Origin: Octopus vulgaris
Lineage: Eukaryota
Assembly: GCA_951406725.2 (NCBI GenBank)
Contig: OX597825.1
Span: 15,190,001 to 15,254,000 of the forward strand
Length of the DNA stretch: 64,000 bases
Reading direction: 5' to 3'
The notes below the pieces were generated by a model. The model had not been told where the DNA came from, searched no databases, and saw nothing but the letters and a program-made list of their open reading frames with translations. How positions within the stretch are numbered: position 1 is the stretch's first letter; the number at the start of each line of letters is the position of its first letter. Of this stretch, positions 57,231 through 64,000 are shown one piece after another. Both the position numbers and the translations under genes were made by a program.

Positions 57231-58524
57231 CTATAGAATTGTTAAATAGTTTGTTTTTTTCTTGCATATCAACGTTTCTTAATCTTTCTCTATCTGTTTT
57301 ATCGAGACTACTAAATTTCCTGCATTCATAAAATGGTAGTTTTTGTACTCAGAATTATCAACCGCAAAATATAGACATACCGCTCTGGCTGCGAATGTGT
57401 TACATCTTAAAACCCTACGTCATATAAATGAATCTTTTGAACAGCAAAGGAAATCATTAATTTCATCCCTTCTTTTCATATGCAGTAACCAAGCAATAAG
57501 AATTAAAGCAGACTAAAAGCGCACTGACACGAATCTATCACAGGCCCCAACCGTATCCAAAACAGTTCAATTTAAATGAGAAAGAAATCTCTCATGCAAC
57601 TAACCTCACACTCTGCTATGAATGCCAGGTTGTCAATGATAAATGATACTTCTAAATACAGAGTGGTTGACCATCTAACTATTGATTTTTTTAAAGATAG
57701 ACATGTACCATCTGCTCATTTAAACTTTGTGAATAAAGTCTTTTGTATGTGCATCAATTCTCAGAGAAAACAGATTTACTTTCAGTGTCTGCAGTGTTAA
57801 GCAGATTACAGGTAATCCCATACATGACACAACTCTCTATGTAAATCTGACGGATTTGAAACAAACAAATAAATTATTTGTCAATTTTCGAAAGCTGCAA
57901 CCGTTTACTAAAGTTAATCGTGCCATCATCTAACATCTAACCAAATAAATTCATATATATTTTATACCACTCTTCATATCTTGGTAACATGTTATACACA
58001 GGCTTGCAACGCATATTTACGTACATAATACATGTAAAGTAGAATCTAGACTGATTTTCTGTCGAATCTAGACTGATTTTCTGCTACACAGCCACATTGA
58101 AAACAACATGTGCTGGACGAAGTGGCCTAATGATTGTTCATTCTCCTGTTCATAAATACTTCAGGAAACTCAATAGAATATGTCAGTCGAGTGTATAAAC
58201 TTCCAATGATTAAACGCACTTTTTCCTTGCTTATACACACACACACGTATATATATATTTCAGTGCAATTGGGTTTTTTTATACGGTACCTAGTTTACAA
58301 TCCCGTGAATAATAATAATGGTATTTTTATATAAGCTTAAAGTTTATGGCGATCACCGTGCAATGATTAACGAAAAGGGGGCATGTAAGACCTCACCAGA
58401 AAAGAGTGCTTTCCTAAGCCAGTGGGAGTCAAACCCACATCCGTTTGCTAATGCGACTAAGTGTGTTATATTTACACCAGCGAATCAGCATCCCTATTTC
58501 TGTCAAACATAAGAATTAAAATGG

Positions 58525-58582
<58 letters not shown>

Positions 58583-58586
<4 letters not shown>

Positions 58587-58775
58587 TATTTAAAAGCAGC
58601 AGTAATTCAACAAAACCTGTTACTCGGAGTTTCAGTTTCCCGTTCGTCGGACAGTTTTTTGTTAAACAACAGGATTTGTTGAATTTCTGCTGCTTTTAAA
58701 TAAAGCATATTACTCTACACCCTGGTATTTGAGTACTCTTTATTCCACCTTGTTTCAAATTTATATGTTTACTCC

Positions 58776-58777
<2 letters not shown>
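58583..58777. mobile_element. (TA)n-embedded inverted terminal-repeat element (family of 6413-6592) with C4-variant HHR at 58617-58654 (-)
   Basis: Minus strand CTGT CCGACGA ACGGGAAACT GAA ACTCCGAGT A ACAG; arms TTTATTTAAAAGCAGCAG / CTGCTGCTTTTAAATAAA. Confidence 0.75.
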
Positions 58778-58822
<45 letters not shown>

Positions 58823-58973
58823 TAAAGAACAAGGAAGTGATGGGCTGGCTTGATATAGCTATATCGGAATATCCCAACCTGTCTTTCTGTCTATCTCTAC
58901 CCCTCTTATTGTGTATATGTGGGGGATACTCAGGAGTGAGTGCGTGCGAGTGCGTTTGCATATGTATGCATGA

Positions 58974-59011
<38 letters not shown>

Positions 59012-59065
59012 GCGCATATTTATATATATATATATACATATATATACACATATATGTGTGTGCAC

Positions 59066-59920
59066 TCTGATCAATAAGTATCCGGACTGTTGCCATAGTA
59101 ATGAAGCTAAAGTACGCTAAGTAAAGCTGCTTTACACACATGTTGGCCTTGAACTCTTATGTGCATAAATGCAAAGTTTTAACGCCGTAGCTCACTTCCA
59201 CTGATTAAAGCAGTGCTTGGAGGGAAGGTGTGTAGTGTGTGATCATTGCATTACCCATGACAACTTTGAGCAGAGATTCGGCATCGAATTTTGCCATAAA
59301 CTTGGCAATACTTGCTCAGAAGACTACGCAAAGTTTTCAAAAAGTTTTCTTCTCGACACAATCAAGGAGATCTTGTGCAACTGAAACCTGAGCGTCTTTT
59401 GGGTCTGTTGAAAGCAGTTTTGCCACACACTTAGCAGACACGCGTTTCAAATCAAAAGCATCAGTGATAGTGGACTGAACTAATCTGCACACTCTCTGAT
59501 TTCCCCTCACAGCTGCAAACATATATGCGGTGTTTTCTTCAGTTCTGGTGGTTGTGGGTCTCTCAGAACGTTCGTAAATATCGACATTTTTTTTTTTTTG
59601 GCCATCTTGAAAACACCTGAACCACTCAAATACTTGCGTGCGGTGCATACACTCCTCTCCATACACTTTCTGAATTTTTGCGCTGGCCTCTGAACAGGAA
59701 TCGCTATGATAAAGTTCTCTATCATGGTCTATGTGACGATCACACACTACACGCCTTCCTTCCAAGTATTGCTGTAAAAACTGGACGTGTGCTAGAACGT
59801 TAAAATTTAATGCGCATGCACAGCTGAGTTCAAGGTCAATCTTTGCCCAGCGGCTTCACTTGGCGTATTTTAACTTCGTTACTATGGCAACAGTCCGAAT
59901 ACTTATTTGATGAGACCAAG
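59066..59920. mobile_element. Mariner-derived element built from two inverted 5' ends
   Basis: Both arms have the TIR (ATAAGTATCCGGACTGTTGCCATAGTAA), UTR and transposase N-terminus (EQRFGIEFCHKLGNT; KVYGEECMHRTQVFEWFRCF). Confidence 0.85.
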
Positions 59921-59952
59921 TATGAGTGTACATGCATATATGCATGAGATAG

Positions 59953-60345
59953 CGTGTGTGTGCTCGTGTGCGTGTGTGTGCTCGTGTGCGCGTGTGTGCT
60001 CGTGTGCGTGTGTGTGCTCGTGTGCGTGTGTGTGCTCGTGTACGTGTGTGTGCTCGTGTGCGTGTCTGTGCGTAATCGTGTGTGTGTGTGTGTGTGATCA
60101 TGTGCGTGTTTGTGCTCGTGTGCGTGTTTGTGCTCGTGTGCGTGTGTGTAATCGTGTGCGTGTGTGTGCTCGTGTGCACGTGTATGCTTGTGTGCGCGTG
60201 TGTGCTCGTGTGCATGTGTGTGCTCGTGTGCGCGTGTGTGCGCATGTGCGTGTGTGTGCTCGTGTGCATGTGTGTGCTCGTGTGCGTGTGTGTGTGCTCA
60301 TGTGCGTGTGTGTGCTCGGGTGCGTGTGTGTCCTCGTGTGTGTGT
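59953..60345. repeat. 18-bp minisatellite GTGTGTGTGCTCGTGTGC
   Basis: About 20 tandem imperfect units. Confidence 0.9.
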
Positions 60346-61085
60346 GTATGTATGTATGTGTACATTTGGACGTATTTATGTATGCAAAATGCCTCGGCTA
60401 CCGTTGGCATCTGGTGAGTGACATATCAGTGTTAGACTTTAAATATTCATCAAAACATCTAATATATACAAACTGCACCTAAGGATTATCTACTGAATAA
60501 TATTCATTTATGCAGAGTTGCTTATCTTACCTTTATCTATAATTTACTGCCTATTTGAATAACATTTGTGTTCTGTCCTCCGACAACCAAGTTGTTCGAT
60601 GAACCAATTATGGATGATCTATCGAATTACTTTTAACTCTAGTATATAAATTTAATATCGAACTGTCTTCTATCTATCTAATATCTTCGTCTGGACTGCT
60701 AATATCTCATCGTGGCCTGCTTCGCTTGTATTGAATCTCTCTGCGTTAAAATACAGGAAACAGATCTTTGATAATCTACATAACACGGAAAAGATGGGAC
60801 ACTTACATCTGAAATCAATTTGATCAATTGTTTAATCTTGAGGTAAGCACTTACAGACTGTGGATAAATATTTCCAATAGTAAACTATATAACTTGAATC
60901 TACCAACTTACATTGTAAGTGTTTAACTGAAATCTCTATAGGAAAAGTATTTTAAGTATTGTGCATAATCCATAGATGAAGTGTGGTCAATAATAATTGG
61001 AAAAAATGTACATAAATCTGCGGACGGTTTCTTCTCTCTGCTGAAAGACGAGAGATCGAAGGTACGAAACTTATGAAAACAGCGT

Positions 61086-61180
61086 TGTTGTTTGTACCTT
61101 CTCGAGCCATGCCTGCCTCAAAGGGGCCGGTTTCCAAGTTTCATTGGCGTATAGGTTCCTCACATGGACGGGACGCCGGT
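61086..61180 (-). mobile_element. Isolated tail type iii (truncated SINE or partner LINE 3' end)
   Basis: Reverse complement of 21690-21771. Confidence 0.7.
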
Positions 61181-61779
61181 GAGTTGCTTGATGCAACTTT
61201 TTCACTAGATTTGAGAGTCAAATCTATTGATTAGATTGCAAGGCGCAACGAAAATTTTAGAAAAGTTATAAAAAAATAAATGGGAAAGACATAAAGACAT
61301 TTCCTTTCCTTTTTTCTGAAAGTTGCAGGATCTAGCTAATGAATTTCTAATCTATATCTATTAAATTCTAATTACACACTTAACATCTCCCTTTCAAATG
61401 CCGATTCGCAAAATGTAAGCTTCTGATCAAAATTGTTTGTTTCACTACATAATAAAAAACCATTATATATATTCAGTATCACAATTTAGATAAGAAAAAA
61501 TACCATCACTTTGTGACTATTTAGGTGAAACACTTCTATAGAACTTTATATATATTTTACATGTGAACTTTGTGTAAAGTATTTGACCCGAAAATTACCC
61601 ACGAACCGCGATTGAACGGGTTTTATACCCATGGTATATCATTATCTTTGCTGCATTAGTGTAAGGAGATTCTTTGGAAACAAGAGTAAATTTTGCTATG
61701 AATAACTTCACTTGTATAATATATTTTATTTTATCATTCTTAATGAAGGGTTGATATTTGTGTCGGGGAGGGGTTAGAT

Positions 61780-62147
61780 CGGATTCAGTGGACAACTGGT
61801 ACTTATTTTGTCGATTCTGAAAGTAGGAAAAGCGACGTCGACCTCGGCAGAATTTAAAATCAGAACGTAAGAATGGACGAAATGCCGCTAAGTATTTTTT
61901 CCCGTGTGCGAACGGTTCGGCCACATCTGTTATGTTATTTAGTTAGTTATCATTTCTACTATAGTCACAAGGCTTGAAATTTTGGAAAGGGTCTAATGGA
62001 ATACATCGAGTCGAGTTCGCAAATTGTTATTACCCAGAAAGGATGAGAGGCAATGCACACCTCGGCAGAATTTGAACTCACAACGTAAAGACTAGGAAAT
62101 GCCGTCAAGAATATTCTCCGGCGTGCTGAGTATTCTGCTCGCCGCCA
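61780..62147 (-). mobile_element. Two degenerate family A SINEs
   Basis: ACCTCGGCAGAATTT..CA.AACGTAA blocks. Confidence 0.7.
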
Positions 62148-62726
62148 TTTTTGTAGTTCATAATAATTTTGATTTATACAATCCAAATTCAGATTTGCTA
62201 CATGTGCTGCAGATATTGTCTAAAATATCTCATGAGTATTCAAATTAGGAAAGAAAAGAAGGTTGTCACATATACATTTCGTATATCTATCTGTCCTATA
62301 GCTATCGATACTAATATATGCGCTGATATTTATAAATTTGTACGCGTGATTGCCTTCATGGGGTGGACGTCAGATTGTGTGTGAAATTGTATGTCAGTCT
62401 GAGTCAATGCCTGAATATACATCTCAATTTTTGTATGTTTTTCTTTCGAGTCCAGTGAGATATTGGATTGATGACAACAGATTGACGCAACAAGATTACT
62501 TGAAGGGAAATATGTGCCAGGTTCGACAAGATCTTCTATAATGATTGTAGTGACGCAGATTGGTTGCAGTCCGCAACAAAAAAACACCAAAGTAGAGGAT
62601 TGTCTGTGTGTATGTCTCTAGGGATGTATACACACGATGTGCGTACACATAGGGGCACACATACGCATATACATACACATACACGCAAACGCACACACAT
62701 ACACAGACAGACAGACAGACAGACAG

Positions 62727-62758
<32 letters not shown>

Positions 62759-62764
62759 CCACGC

Positions 62765-63080
62765 GGAGGCGCAATGGCCCAGTGTTTAGGGCAGCGGACT
62801 CGCGGTTGTAGGATCGCGGTTTCGATTCCCAGACCGGGCGTTGTGAATGTTTATTGAGTACTAGTGGTATAACCCGGCCTTGCTCGGGATTAAGTTGCGA
62901 TTATTAAGCTAATCAAGTTCTTTATTTCAAACCAAACTAAGTAATATAGACGTCAAATTCGGGCGAAATCCGTATTAGTTATATTAGTCATTTGAAGGCT
63001 AAGCCAATGCGAAGCGCATTGTGACCAGCGATGTGTAGCAACAACTGATAGCCTGGTTAGATCACCTTGATCACGGTGAT
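62765..63080 (+). mobile_element. SINE family B (tail ii) whose middle is replaced by a Helitron-like end
   Basis: Head 62765-62858 and tail 62988-63080 match 40142-40450. Confidence 0.85.
62861..62987 (-). mobile_element. Helitron-like 3' terminus
   Basis: Minus strand ends with hairpin CCCGAGCAAGGCCGGG, 8 nt, then CTAG followed by T. Confidence 0.65.
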
Positions 63081-63183
63081 ATATATCCATATCTGTATAA
63101 ATAGGTATACGCGCGTTTATGCCTGTGCGTTTCTGTGTGTGCGTGTGTAGATGTGTATTTTATGTACATTTGTGTGTGTGTGT

Positions 63184-63575
<392 letters not shown>

Positions 63576-63578
63576 TCG

Positions 63579-63638
<60 letters not shown>

Positions 63639-63663
63639 GTATGTATGTATATATATATATATG

Positions 63664-63718
<55 letters not shown>

Positions 63719-63796
63719 TTTAAATCTCTTCAGCTCTACTAAATGTATTCTATACGTAGAATATCTCATTCTCCCCTATGAACTATATATGCATAC

Positions 63797-63846
<50 letters not shown>

Positions 63847-64000
63847 TACCACGCACACACACATATACACACATACATATATACTTGTAAATGTGCGTCT
63901 ATATACAGGCATAACTACACGCGTTGTTGTGTGCGAGTGTATACATTTCATTATATGACAATATTCATAAATAAGTGCGAAGCGATAGGCAGATAGATAG

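Noticed and set aside
58042-58083. 20-bp tandem duplication (similar one at about 21267-21311)
   Set aside because: Ordinary slippage duplication with no further structure.
59953-60345. Regular repeat array as CRISPR-like
   Set aside because: No unique spacers, eukaryotic context; it is a GT-derived minisatellite.

Overview
AT-rich eukaryotic intergenic or intronic DNA. The repeat content strongly suggests a cephalopod (Octopus-like) genome; this is an inference. No host protein-coding exon could be supported, and nearly all listed ORFs are microsatellite translations. The window holds long simple repeats, several tRNA-derived SINE families and Tc1/mariner remnants. It also holds non-LTR fragments (CCHC gag-like ORF1, an RTE-like C2H2 3' end, a CR1-like 3' end), Helitron-like ends, and Penelope-like (PLE) RT and GIY-YIG fragments. 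The most striking feature is a set of short non-coding elements embedded in (TA)n runs, mostly arranged as inverted or partial-tandem repeats. They carry minimal type I hammerhead ribozyme (HHR) folds with palindromic stem III. One fold is fully canonical (40631-40674). Others are core variants: a compensatory G3-C8 swap, C4, U6, and one with a long stem II inside a 1.3-mer tandem resembling a retrozyme. All alignments and folds were read by eye.
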